Below are positions 28,269 to 38,031 of a stretch of DNA of 64,000 bases, one piece after another. The notes under the pieces were generated by a model. That model did not search any database and was not told where the DNA came from. It was given only the letters and a program-made list of their open reading frames with translations. Every line of letters begins with the position of its first letter. Position 1 is the first letter of the stretch. Source of the DNA: Chloroflexota bacterium (GTDB taxonomy: Bacteria; Chloroflexota; UBA6077; CF-72). A program made the position numbers and the translations under genes. Location of the stretch: NCBI GenBank assembly GCA_051006215.1, contig JBPCIO010000141.1, positions 50,455-114,454 of the forward strand. Reading direction: 5' to 3'.

Positions 28269-29516
28269 GTGCACGTCGCTCCTGCCAGCCGGCCTCCGCT
28301 CCCCGCACAGCTGAAGCCGCTTACAGGGCTCCGCTTTGCGGCGGCGCTGCACGTTGTGTTCGTCCACCTGCTGGTTATTGGCCACCTCGATGGCCTGCCT
28401 GCGGCGCTCAAGGCGTTCGTCGAGCGTGGCTATATGGCCGTGCCTCTTTTCTTTGTGCTTTCGGGGTTCGTGCTGACCTATACGTATACCGGGGTTCGAT
28501 CGCGAACTGGGTCCAACCAGGACCTCAACCGCCGCGCGTTCTGGGTCGCACGCTTCGCCAGAATCTACCCGGTATACGCCCTGAGTCTGCTACTGGCTAT
28601 TCCCACGTACTTCACCCGAGCATCGCTCTCCGAGCCTCTTGCGACGCTCGGCGTGGCTGTCCCGGTGCTGCTGATGCTTCAGGGATGGTTTCCGGGCATT
28701 GTGCAAGCCTGGCTGTCGCCCGCCTGGTCTCTTTCGGCAGAGGCGTTGTTCTACCTGCTGTTTCCATTTGTCGTTCCACTGATCGCACGTGTCAGGCTGC
28801 CAAAACTGACCTTCAGCTTAGCGCTGCTCTGGTTCGCATCCGTTGTCGCCCCACTCGCTTACCCGCTTGTTTTTCCGAACGGCGAAGGTGAACCGGGTAC
28901 TGTCCGATGGCTATGGGCGATGGCCGTGTACTTTGGTCCGTTACCCCACCTGCCAGAGTTCCTGACGGGTATTGTGTTAGGACGCATCTTTCTGGCGCGA
29001 TCCAGTCGCACGACCAAGGCCCAACCTGCAAGGGTGCTCGCGGCCGTCGGCGCGACTCTGGGGGTCGTCGGCTACATCCTGGCAGCGTATGCCGGCGGCG
29101 ACTGGCTGGTGCCTCGCTTGCTTACCCACACGGGTGCCTTTTTGCCAATCTACGCGGTTCTTGTCTACAGCCTGGCCCTGGGCGGGGGGCCGATCGGACG
29201 TGTTCTTGGCACGCGACCATTGCTTGTGCTGGGCGAGGCGAGTTATGGGCTGTACCTGCTCCACTTTCCGGTGTTCTGGTGGACCGAGCGAGTGATCCGC
29301 CGCCTACCGGTGGCCGATGCGATTTTCGCCAGCGGATGGGTGTTCCCGTTGATCGAATTGTGCATGGCCGTCGCAGCCTCTGTCGTCGTCAATCTCGCCT
29401 TCGAGCGCCCGGCGCGGCGTCTTCTCAGACGAGTCCTCACCAGTCGCACCAGCGGCGCTCCCGCCCCAGAGGGTCCAGCCGGACAGAGCCCGGTCGGTGT
29501 CGGCGCCCTCAGTTAG
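28269..29516 (+). CDS. Acyltransferase family 3 (membrane O-acyltransferase)
   Basis: About 10 TM helices. Conserved N-terminal LTGLRF.AAL.VV..H motif typical of Acyl_transf_3. Intact paralogue of 26117..27337. Confidence 0.8.
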   Translation: MHVAPASRPPLPAQLKPLTGLRFAAALHVVFVHLLVIGHLDGLPAALKAFVERGYMAVPLFFVLSGFVLTYTYTGVRSRTGSNQDLNRRAFWVARFARIYPVYALSLLLAIPTYFTRASLSEPLATLGVAVPVLLMLQGWFPGIVQAWLSPAWSLSAEALFYLLFPFVVPLIARVRLPKLTFSLALLWFASVVAPLAYPLVFPNGEGEPGTVRWLWAMAVYFGPLPHLPEFLTGIVLGRIFLARSSRTTKAQPARVLAAVGATLGVVGYILAAYAGGDWLVPRLLTHTGAFLPIYAVLVYSLALGGGPIGRVLGTRPLLVLGEASYGLYLLHFPVFWWTERVIRRLPVADAIFASGWVFPLIELCMAVAASVVVNLAFERPARRLLRRVLTSRTSGAPAPEGPAGQSPVGVGALS

Positions 29517-29610
29517 CGGCCACATGGAAACCCACGTCCCATCGGCCTCGCGTCGGCCATTACCACGTTTGGCCACCGCCGGCACTCCTAGCCGGCGTGC
29601 TGTCCCAGTC

Positions 29611-31179
29611 ATGAGCCGCCTCACCTCAGTGGTGCGGGTTGGCCTGGGAATCCTCCGTCATCTCTGGCCGGCATATGTACTTGCCTCCATCCTGATCCTC
29701 TACGGTTTCGGGTGGGGGTTGCCAGACAACCAGTACCAGAACCTGTCGTTCCACGCCGACGAGAACGCGATCGTTGGCGGCATCCGAGGCATGCAGTTCC
29801 CCAGGCTGTACCCGGGTTTCTTCGCCTGGGGCACAGCAGTCTTCTATCAGGTCTGGGCCATCCAGGGCATAGTTACCCTCCACCACCTCGTTCAGCTCCC
29901 GGGCGACGCGTTGTACCTCATCGGTCGAGCCACCGTCTACGTCTATGCGCTGGGAACGCTCACGTTGACGTTCGTCCTCGGCCGCAGATTGTTTGGGGAC
30001 GCGACCGGAAGAATGGCCGCAACCACGCTTGCGGTAATGCCAGGCTTCGTACAGAGTAGCCACTACTTCAAAACGGACGTACCGACGACGTTTTGGCTTG
30101 TGGCTGCGCTGCTGGCCGCCTACCAGACGCTGACGTCACGCCGAGCGCTGTACGTCGGACTTCTAGGGCTCCTGCTGGGGTATGCAGCGTCGACGAAATA
30201 TACGAGCATCGTCGTCTTCCCCGTGGGTCTCGCGGCGATCTGGATGGCGCGCCCGCTTGCCCTCAGTTTTCCGCGTGCGGTGCTGCTCTACCTGGCTGCT
30301 GTTGGCGTGGGATTCCTGGTTGGCACGCCCTACGCGGTGCTGCGTCCGCAGGAGATTATAAACGCCGCTCTGGATCACGCAGACCTGAGTGCGACCGTGG
30401 CGAATTCGGCGTCGCCGATCGGCGCGCCGGCGTGGTTGGACTACATCATCAGGGTCCTGCCACTCTCAGCCACGTTGACTCTTGCGATGCTTGCCGCAGC
30501 TGGTCTGTTGTGGTCGCTGCTGAGGTTCGACCGCCGGCTGCTGCTGGTGTGGGCCTTCGTCATTTGTTACTTCGGCTACCTTTCCGTCGACAACTATCGG
30601 ATGGTCCGTTACACCGTTCCGTTGTTGCCCTTCGTTGCGCTGTTCATTGCCTACCTGGGAAGCTGCCTGAACAGAGCCAAATTGACTCGCGTCCTGGGCT
30701 CGATCGGTGGCATTGCCGTCATCGGCTATGCCTTTCTGTTTTCGTTTTCGTACGTGCAGGTAATGGCTGAGGTCGATCCGCGCATCCAAGCTAGCCAGTG
30801 GATTGCCACCCACATCCCCACAACCGAGCCGGTGCTTGTCGAAGACACGTCGCCGACTGACAGTCCGCGTTTCGATACCTTCGGGTACACCTCGATTCAG
30901 GTCGATTACCGCGCGGACAGAGTGCGGCACGCCACTGGCTCGTCGTACCTCCTGGTGTCGGAGTATGCCACCCGCCCATTCGGCCGCGTTACCACTGCGA
31001 CAGACGCCGAAGAGCAGGCGTTCTGGAGTCTTGTCGCCACCGACTTTGTGGAAGTGGCTCGCTTTGAAAACTCCCAGAGGCTGCTCTGGTTGGACAGCAA
31101 AAAGGACCCGGCCTCGATCACTCACGACTGGCTCCAGCCCAACCCGCGAATCACACTGTATCAGCGCGTTGGCGGCTGA
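29611..31179 (+). CDS. GT-C superfamily membrane glycosyltransferase (ArnT/PMT-like, polyprenol-phosphate-sugar dependent)
   Basis: N-terminal multi-TM region with ArnT/PMT_2-like loop motifs (DENAIVGG..., KYTSIVVFP) and a C-terminal soluble domain. ATG 29611 is preferred over the ORF-track start 29497. Confidence 0.6.
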   Translation: MSRLTSVVRVGLGILRHLWPAYVLASILILYGFGWGLPDNQYQNLSFHADENAIVGGIRGMQFPRLYPGFFAWGTAVFYQVWAIQGIVTLHHLVQLPGDALYLIGRATVYVYALGTLTLTFVLGRRLFGDATGRMAATTLAVMPGFVQSSHYFKTDVPTTFWLVAALLAAYQTLTSRRALYVGLLGLLLGYAASTKYTSIVVFPVGLAAIWMARPLALSFPRAVLLYLAAVGVGFLVGTPYAVLRPQEIINAALDHADLSATVANSASPIGAPAWLDYIIRVLPLSATLTLAMLAAAGLLWSLLRFDRRLLLVWAFVICYFGYLSVDNYRMVRYTVPLLPFVALFIAYLGSCLNRAKLTRVLGSIGGIAVIGYAFLFSFSYVQVMAEVDPRIQASQWIATHIPTTEPVLVEDTSPTDSPRFDTFGYTSIQVDYRADRVRHATGSSYLLVSEYATRPFGRVTTATDAEEQAFWSLVATDFVEVARFENSQRLLWLDSKKDPASITHDWLQPNPRITLYQRVGG

Positions 31180-31211
31180 TACGGCTGTGTCTCAGGTGCT
31201 GATTTGAGCCC

Positions 31212-32012
31212 TCAGGCCACGCGACCTGGAGCGGCGACGAAGTCGTAGTATTCGTCTACTGCAGAATGCGTCCCGCGCTCGAATATGGCGAAGTCGCCCA
31301 GGCGCATCTTCTGGAGTCGGAACTTGACGGACGTCATCAGCACGCCCAGGCCATACGTCAGGCTGCGTCGGAAATTGATCGAAGACGCTTCAGCGAAGTA
31401 GCTGGTGGGGCACGAGATCTCGCCAATGCTGTACCCGAAATACGTGACCTGAGCCAGCATCTGATTGTCGAAGACAAAGTCGTCCGAGTTCTCTTCGAGA
31501 GGCAGCGTCTCCAGCACCTCACGCCGAAAGGCTCGATAACCGGTGTGATACTCCGACAGCTTCTGGCCAAGCAGGACATTCTGGATCGCTGTTAGTACAC
31601 GATTCGAAACATATTTGTAACGCGGCATTCCGCCCCTGAGAGCGCCCCCGCCCAGAATGCGAGAGCCCAGCACCACGTCGTAGCCGCCATACGCGATCAT
31701 CCCGACCATGGGCACAACCAGCCGCGGCGAGTACTGATAATCGGGATGTAGCATCACCACCACGTCCGCGCCTCGGCGCAGTGCCTCGCGGTAGCAGGTC
31801 TTCTGATTGCGGCCATAGCCCAGGTTTTGCTTGTGGTGGAACGTGGTCAGGCCAAGGTCCCGGGCCATGTGCACCGTCCCATCCGAGCTGTAGTCGTCCA
31901 CAAGGAGCACCTCGTCGACGATCTCGGAGGGGACTTCACTGACAGTGCGCTGCAATGTCTTGGCGGCATTGTAGGCCGGCATGACGACGACGATCTTTTT
32001 CCCGTTAAGCAC
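31212..32012 (-). CDS. GT2 polyprenol-phosphate sugar synthase (DPM1/ArnC-like)
   Basis: [14 protein letters not shown]...[11 protein letters not shown]. Size and motifs match dolichol-phosphate-mannose synthase-like enzymes. GTG start with a GGAGGG SD. Confidence 0.8.
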   Translation of the reverse strand: MLNGKKIVVVMPAYNAAKTLQRTVSEVPSEIVDEVLLVDDYSSDGTVHMARDLGLTTFHHKQNLGYGRNQKTCYREALRRGADVVVMLHPDYQYSPRLVVPMVGMIAYGGYDVVLGSRILGGGALRGGMPRYKYVSNRVLTAIQNVLLGQKLSEYHTGYRAFRREVLETLPLEENSDDFVFDNQMLAQVTYFGYSIGEISCPTSYFAEASSINFRRSLTYGLGVLMTSVKFRLQKMRLGDFAIFERGTHSAVDEYYDFVAAPGRVA

Positions 32013-32178
32013 GCCTTGCCCTCCAGAGCTTTACCGTCGCACGAACCTGCTCGCGCAATCCCACGCTCGGAAGCGTTGCAAGCGCGCGTCTTGACCGCTG
32101 TTGGAGGTCGGTTGCGAAGTAGTTGGCCTGCAAGTCTCTACCGTGGGTCAACCAGCGCTCTACGGACGGCCGAGCAGC

Positions 32179-33993
32179 ATGGCCTACTGTGCTCGTCAGA
32201 TGTCCCACACAGGGTCGGCGCTCGTGGACCAACTGGCCGCGGCGGGCCGCCAGAACCCCACACTGCCGACCATCCGCAGCGTCGCAGATGCTCCTTTCGA
32301 TTGGTGCCGACGCAACGTCACGGCTGCATGGCTGATGGTCGCCGTAGTCCTCGGCCTGCTGCAGGCGGCGTACTTCCGCGACTTCATCAATCCCGACGGC
32401 ATTGCGTACCTCGACATGGGCGACGCCTATCTGCGGGGTGATTGGCTGACCGCCATCCGCGGCCACTGGAGTCCTCTGTATGCATGGCTGATCGCCGCGG
32501 TGGTCCGAGTCCTCCAGCCACCGCCCAGCCTCGAATTCCCGCTCGTCCACGTGGTAAACGCAGGTATCTACCTGGTTGCCCTGGGGACCTTCACGTTCCT
32601 GCTGCGTCAGATCGAAGCCACGCTCAGCACTCCTGCTCTCACGAGCACCGCCGCGCAGGCGACCCGCTTGCCGGCTTGGGTCTGGAAGTCTCTGGGTTAT
32701 GCGGTCTTCCTGTGGTGCACACTGCGATACGGTCTGCTGGAACTGGTGACACCGGACCTTCTGGTGTCGGCGCTGGTCTACGCAATTGGAGGGGTTGTGT
32801 TGCGGGTGCGGCGAAGGTCCGGATGGCAGTCATCGGTGCTTCTGGGCGCGTTGCTCGGGCTCGGGTACCTTGCCAAGACCCCCATGTTGCTGCTGGCGCC
32901 TGTATTCGTGGCCGCCAGCGTTTTGCTCATTCCGGGGCGTGCCAAGCGGCTCGTACACGCAGGTCTCACGCTGTCGGTACTGGCCCTGGTAGCAATCCCA
33001 TTCGTGCTAGTGCTGTCGCTTGCCAAGGGCAGGCTGACGGCTGGCGACAGCGCGATGCTGAACTACCTCTGGCTCGTCGACGGAGTGACGCCCTACCTTC
33101 ACTGGCAAGGAGGCCCCGCAGGGTCAGGTCAGCCCGTGCACCGGGACCAGGTTCTGTTGGAGCAACCAGCCGTCTACGCCTTCGACAGCCCGTTCTGGGT
33201 CACCTATTCGGCCTGGTACGCGCCTGATTACTGGTACGAGGGCGGCACACCTCACTTCGTTCTCAGCGGGCAAGTCCGAGCGATTCTTGGCGGACTGACG
33301 GTGTACGAGAGCATGGCGAAGCAGCTTGCTCTGCCGTTGGTGGGGACTGCCGTGCTGGTGTTGATGCGGCCACGGGGTTGGAGCTCAGGATTTGCACCAG
33401 CGTTGACCTTGATTGCTCCATCGATTACCGCACTCTGCATGTATTCGATCGTGATTGTGGAGGAGCGCTACGTGGGGCCCTTCGTCGTCCTGTTGTTTGT
33501 CGCGCTACTCGGTTTGATGATCCAACTGCCGTTATCCAAGTGGAGTCGCACCGTCGTCACCGGCGTAGCGGCCGTGATGCTGGTGTCGCTGATGCTCCCA
33601 GCGGGTAAGGCTGCATCCGAACAAGGGAGCTCCGTTAGCACGGACGTTACTCGTGACCACCTCCTTGCGCCAGACGAGCAAGCGCAAGTCGCTATGGGCC
33701 TCCGAGCGGCTGGTCTTCAGCCAGGTGACCCGGTGGCTAGCGGGGGTCGCGCTATCGACGACGCCTGGGCACGACTGGCTCGCGTCAGAATCGTGGCCGA
33801 AGTAGGCGACCGGGAGGGCGCGACCATGCTTGCCACGGATGCGGACGCACGCGCACGGGTGCAGGCGGCGCTTCTGCAAACCCATGCCGCGGCAATCGTA
33901 GCCCGCGACTGGCCAGGGCTCACCGGCGACCCAGGCTGGGTTGGTATAGGCGGCACGAGCTACTTCTATTACCTCATGCCCAGTCGGTCGTAA
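32179..33993 (+). CDS. GT-C-like multi-pass membrane glycosyltransferase (putative)
   Basis: About 12 TM helices with periplasmic loops. It is divergent from the DPM1-like gene. The start is uncertain (ATG 32179 or 32203); the ORF-track TTG 32101 is less likely. Confidence 0.55.
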   Translation: MAYCARQMSHTGSALVDQLAAAGRQNPTLPTIRSVADAPFDWCRRNVTAAWLMVAVVLGLLQAAYFRDFINPDGIAYLDMGDAYLRGDWLTAIRGHWSPLYAWLIAAVVRVLQPPPSLEFPLVHVVNAGIYLVALGTFTFLLRQIEATLSTPALTSTAAQATRLPAWVWKSLGYAVFLWCTLRYGLLELVTPDLLVSALVYAIGGVVLRVRRRSGWQSSVLLGALLGLGYLAKTPMLLLAPVFVAASVLLIPGRAKRLVHAGLTLSVLALVAIPFVLVLSLAKGRLTAGDSAMLNYLWLVDGVTPYLHWQGGPAGSGQPVHRDQVLLEQPAVYAFDSPFWVTYSAWYAPDYWYEGGTPHFVLSGQVRAILGGLTVYESMAKQLALPLVGTAVLVLMRPRGWSSGFAPALTLIAPSITALCMYSIVIVEERYVGPFVVLLFVALLGLMIQLPLSKWSRTVVTGVAAVMLVSLMLPAGKAASEQGSSVSTDVTRDHLLAPDEQAQVAMGLRAAGLQPGDPVASGGRAIDDAWARLARVRIVAEVGDREGATMLATDADARARVQAALLQTHAAAIVARDWPGLTGDPGWVGIGGTSYFYYLMPSRS

Positions 33994-34006
33994 ACCCTGC
34001 CACCTG

Positions 34007-34249
34007 GTGGCCGATATCGACTTCTGGAGCCTGGCCACTGCATTGCGGGGGCGCGCGTCTATGTTGGCGATCGTCGACTGCGCCGCTTCGGTGACAGTGG
34101 TGGCAGTATCGGATGGCGTCTACACCATTGACGACACCGGCACGCAGCACCGACTGTTACTTGGCTCCTCGTTGTCCATCCACAGCTTGACGGCCCAGGG
34201 ATCCGCACCCCCTGCTGCATGGTCAGGCCATTGTTGTACTCGCGGATGA
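34007..34249 (+). CDS. Hypothetical small protein (80 aa)
   Basis: The ORF occupies the gap between two genes. Its third-position GC bias is consistent with coding. There is no homology evidence. Confidence 0.2.
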   Translation: MADIDFWSLATALRGRASMLAIVDCAASVTVVAVSDGVYTIDDTGTQHRLLLGSSLSIHSLTAQGSAPPAAWSGHCCTRG

Positions 34250-34337
34250 CCTCGGTGTCGCTAACACGTTCACCTCGGAGCTGCTGGCGGCTCTCTGGCA
34301 AGCGGCCTGCCCTGTCTCCGCCTGTTAGGATCCGAGT

Positions 34338-35090
34338 GTGGTCTGGGACAAGGGCTGGTGGCAGGTGCGGAGTGGCAGCCCAGCGCAGCGCCATCGTCTA
34401 GGCTGGCGCCTCGTCTGGCATCACCTCGGCCTGGCCTGCGTGAGTGTGGTACTCGGCGCCGCTATCTATGCCGCCTTGCCGGGTCCGGACGAACACTTCC
34501 GCCTCAGCATGGCAACGGCCTACGTGGGGCTGGCGTTTCTCGCGGTCACGTTGCTGATCGGCCCGTTGAAAGTGTTGCGTCGCCAACGCGGGGCCCTTTC
34601 GGACGATCTGCGGCGAGATGTCGGTCTCTGGACTGCTCTTCTGGGTGGGCTACACGTTATCGTCGGCATCCAGGTCCATATGGGGTCGCCCTGGCTGTAT
34701 TTCTTCTATGGCGCCGGTCAGCGGCCAGCCTTCTGGCCGCTGCCAGTCCGCATCGATGTGTTTGGGCTCGCCAACGACACTGGATTGGCGGCAACGCTCA
34801 TTCTCGGTGTGCTGCTGCTGGCGTCGAACGACGTCTCTATGCGCACGCTCGGCAATCGTTGGTGGAAACGAGTGCAGCAGCTGAATTACGGGCTGCTGGC
34901 TTTAGTCGTGCTGCACGGGATTGTGTACCAGCGCATCGAGGGACGCGACCCGGGCTGGGTGCTCCTATTCTGGGCAGCCTGGCTCGTAGCCGCCGGACTC
35001 CAGTTGGTAGGTTTCCGAATTCGCAGTTCTCAAAAGCGCGGGCGCGGCTCGACTCTTGCCGCAGCTGATCTTGCGGAGTCGAGGCGGTGA
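34338..35090 (+). CDS. Ferric-reductase-like transmembrane protein (MsrQ/YedZ-like heme-binding membrane subunit, putative)
   Basis: About 6 TM helices with conserved His residues inside helices (GLHVIVGIQVH, LALVVLHGIVYQ). The size of about 250 aa is typical for the family. Confidence 0.4.
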   Translation: MVWDKGWWQVRSGSPAQRHRLGWRLVWHHLGLACVSVVLGAAIYAALPGPDEHFRLSMATAYVGLAFLAVTLLIGPLKVLRRQRGALSDDLRRDVGLWTALLGGLHVIVGIQVHMGSPWLYFFYGAGQRPAFWPLPVRIDVFGLANDTGLAATLILGVLLLASNDVSMRTLGNRWWKRVQQLNYGLLALVVLHGIVYQRIEGRDPGWVLLFWAAWLVAAGLQLVGFRIRSSQKRGRGSTLAAADLAESRR

Positions 35091-35092
35091 GT

Positions 35093-36202
35093 ATGCGTGT
35101 GGCACTGGTCGGGTTGGGAAACGCCGGATTCACTCTCCATCTGCCGGCGCTAGCAGGCCTGCCATCGGCGAATGTGGTGGGTGCTTGCGATCTGGATGCC
35201 GTGCGGCGGGCCCGCGCCGAAGCAAGTTTCCGGGTACCGAGCTTTTCGGACTTCGACGAGATGGTGGCGCGCACCCAGCCGGACGTGGTCGTGATCGGCA
35301 CCCCGCCAGCCACACATGCGGACTACTGCCTGCGCGCTCTTGCCGCGGGCAGTCACGTGATCTGCGAAAAGCCGTTCGCCTCGAGTGTTGAGGAAGCCGA
35401 CCGGATCATCGGCGTCGCGAAAAACGTTGGTCGTCGCGTAGCGCTCAACCATGAATTTCGCCAGATGCCCATCTTCCGAGCCATCATCGAGGCTACCAGT
35501 GGCTCGCCGGATCGCGAGGTGGTCTTCGCCCAGGTGTGGCAACTCATGGATCTGCCGCCGTGGGCGGAGCCAGGCTGGCGCGGGGCCATGCTGCAACGTA
35601 CCCTGTACGAGGCGGGTGTTCACCTCGTGGACTTCCTCCTGGCACTCTTCCGTGAGAAGCCAGTCGCAGTTTCGGCAACCGTCTCCACCTGCGGAGTTCG
35701 GGAGGGCGAGAGTGATGCCGTCGCGGTGGCGACGTTCGAGTTCTCGCGCGGCCGACTTGCGCAGCTCGTGCAGAATCGACTGTGTAAGGGCGAGACGCAA
35801 TACTTCGAGGTACGCGCGGACACCCCCAGCGGCTCACTCAGAGCCTCGTTCGGCGGCCGCGCCCGGCTAACAGCCGGACTGTTCCGCAGTACGCGTCCAC
35901 ACGTCCGGTTCGAATTCGGGAAAGCCGGCATCGCCTGGCGCGAGGTCGGAACGCGGCGCAGATTGCTAGCGCGTAACCCGAACGATCCGGGCATGCTGGC
36001 CACGCGCGCGGTGTTTGAGCGGAGTTTAGCCGCCTTTGCCTCAGGTGGTGCACCGCCTGCAAGCGCCGATGATGGCCGAGCGGTGCTCGAAGTCATCGCG
36101 GCGTGTTACCTGAGCGCCACGACCGGGCGTCGGATCCGGCTGGATGACGCCGAGGCAGCCGAGCTCGCGTCGATGCGCATGGGCGCCCAACAGGGCGGGT
36201 GA
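35093..36202 (+). CDS. Gfo/Idh/MocA family NAD(P)-dependent oxidoreductase
   Basis: N-terminal Rossmann motif VALVGLGNAG and an EKP motif (VICEKPFA). Confidence 0.8.
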   Translation: MRVALVGLGNAGFTLHLPALAGLPSANVVGACDLDAVRRARAEASFRVPSFSDFDEMVARTQPDVVVIGTPPATHADYCLRALAAGSHVICEKPFASSVEEADRIIGVAKNVGRRVALNHEFRQMPIFRAIIEATSGSPDREVVFAQVWQLMDLPPWAEPGWRGAMLQRTLYEAGVHLVDFLLALFREKPVAVSATVSTCGVREGESDAVAVATFEFSRGRLAQLVQNRLCKGETQYFEVRADTPSGSLRASFGGRARLTAGLFRSTRPHVRFEFGKAGIAWREVGTRRRLLARNPNDPGMLATRAVFERSLAAFASGGAPPASADDGRAVLEVIAACYLSATTGRRIRLDDAEAAELASMRMGAQQGG

Positions 36203-37194
36203 CTGATCGCTGGCCGGTCCGCGCCGGGGTGGTGGGCGCCGGCCGCATGGGCAGATGGCACGCAGCAGCGATCTCGCGGGCTGGCGGGATCGTGGCGGCG
36301 GTGGTCGATCACAGCCTGGCTGCCGCACAAGCACTGGCGGCGACCTATCCAGGTGCTCGGGCGGGAACCGAGCTAGCGGAGATACAGCGTGCTGCCGCGT
36401 TGGACGTCGTGCACCTGTGTACGCCGCTGGACACGCACGCCCGGCTGGTTCGCCAGGCCCTGGAGGCCGGCCTGCACGTGCTGGTTGAGAAACCGTTGGC
36501 AGAGACTGCCGCTGTCACAGCGGAGCTCCTGTCTCTAGCATCTGAGCACGCTCGAATGCTGTGCCCTACCCACCAGTTCCTGTATCAGCCTGGCGTGCAA
36601 CGTGGTCTTTCGGCTCTCGGTCGCCTCGGTCCGTTGCTCCACGTGGACAGCGTGGCGTGCTCCGCGGGAGCTGTCGGCCCGTTCGCAAGTACCCCGGACA
36701 GCTTGATCGGTGAGATTCTGCCGCACCCGCTGGCCTTGCTGACGCGCATGTTCCCCGGCGCGCTGACCAAGGTCGACTGGCACATCGACCACCCACGCCT
36801 TGGGGAGATGCGCGCTGCCGGCTGCATCGGCTCCATGTCGGTAGCCGTGCTCGTGTCAGCTCACGGCCGGCCGACGGCGAACAGCATGCGGGTGATCGGT
36901 GAGCGCGGAACCTGGGAAGCGGACCTCTTTCACGGCTACGCGATACTCGAAGGCGGCACCGTCTCGCGTGGGTACAAGATCGCACGGCCGTTCATCCGAT
37001 CCGGAAAGACATTCGTCGCGGCGGGCCACAACCTGGCGTGGCGAGCCGTTCGACGGGAGTCAGCCTATCCTGGCTTGCGGGCGTTGATCGATCGCTTCTA
37101 CCGCGCTGTGCGAGACAAATCAGCCACGCCCATCACACCAACCGAGATCCTCGACGTCGCGATCGCGCGAGATGCGCTCATGGCGGGGTTGTGA
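36199..37194 (+). CDS. Gfo/Idh/MocA family oxidoreductase (second copy)
   Basis: AGVVGAGRMG and VLVEKPLA motifs. The GTG start overlaps the upstream stop (GTGA). Confidence 0.75.
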   Translation: MTDRWPVRAGVVGAGRMGRWHAAAISRAGGIVAAVVDHSLAAAQALAATYPGARAGTELAEIQRAAALDVVHLCTPLDTHARLVRQALEAGLHVLVEKPLAETAAVTAELLSLASEHARMLCPTHQFLYQPGVQRGLSALGRLGPLLHVDSVACSAGAVGPFASTPDSLIGEILPHPLALLTRMFPGALTKVDWHIDHPRLGEMRAAGCIGSMSVAVLVSAHGRPTANSMRVIGERGTWEADLFHGYAILEGGTVSRGYKIARPFIRSGKTFVAAGHNLAWRAVRRESAYPGLRALIDRFYRAVRDKSATPITPTEILDVAIARDALMAGL

Positions 37195-37228
37195 CAGAGA
37201 CTGCAGCGTCAATGGCTCGAGCAGCGAC

Positions 37229-37708
37229 CTACGGAATGGGTTCGAAGTGCTCGATGTTGCGGCGCAGGCCCTCGTATATCAGAACGGGGATCCAGAGGAT
37301 CAGCATAGCCAACACTGCTTCGACCACCACCGCGTATCCGGGACCCACCAGAATCTGGCCCTGGCCGATGTTCAGCCGATGCGCCACCGCGACTACCAGC
37401 ACCAGCAGTAGCGAGACAGCAACATAGATCGGCACCGGCCTTCGGGTGCGATCTGCCAGGACGCGGAAGCCAGCCAACCAGAACGTACCGAACAGCAGCG
37501 AAAGCGGCAGCAGGATTGCCGCCTGTACGACCGGTGAGACCGTGAAGTACGTCCCCGTCCACCAGCCAGCCCACAGCGCCAGAACGTATACGCCAGCGAC
37601 CAAACCGGTCAGGACGGCCGCCGTGCCAAGGACAAGTAATCGATCGGCATGGCCGCGCTGACGCGCCCAGATGACGAGGCCACCCACGATCAAGACGGTG
37701 GCCAGCAT
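37229..37708 (-). CDS. Small 4-TM membrane protein of unknown function
   Basis: Strong GGAGAGGGGGAG SD upstream of ATG 37708. About 160 aa, four hydrophobic helices. The ORF-track start 37966 is an over-extension. It is divergent from the His-Asp repeat protein. Confidence 0.5.
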   Translation of the reverse strand: MLATVLIVGGLVIWARQRGHADRLLVLGTAAVLTGLVAGVYVLALWAGWWTGTYFTVSPVVQAAILLPLSLLFGTFWLAGFRVLADRTRRPVPIYVAVSLLLVLVVAVAHRLNIGQGQILVGPGYAVVVEAVLAMLILWIPVLIYEGLRRNIEHFEPIP

Positions 37709-38031
37709 GACTGCTGCTCCCCCCTCTCCGGATCGGAGAAACGCTATGTACCCCGTGCTTGCATGGTCCACCTGAGTCAAGCACCTAATCCTACGCGGTC
37801 GCGGCGCTGCGTCATCACGATATGCTCGGGCTGGCTCGGCCTCGCCCTCGTCACCGGAGCGGCACAACCCATCTCCAACTGGTAACGGCGAGGCCGGCCA
37901 GGACGCCGAGCAACCAACATTCGACCGTAGGGTTGACGGAAGCTCTATGAGCGTGGCGCCAAACACAGGGGGTGTGTGCGATTATTTGAGTACGCAAGCT
38001 TGCTCACGCAGCCTTGCCTATAGGAGGAACG

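Noticed and set aside
34007-34249. 80-aa ORF between the GT-C gene and the ferric-reductase-like gene as a confident gene
   Set aside because: It is retained only at 0.2 confidence. It has no SD and no homology signal, and is supported only by GC third-position bias, which is weak evidence in a high-GC genome.
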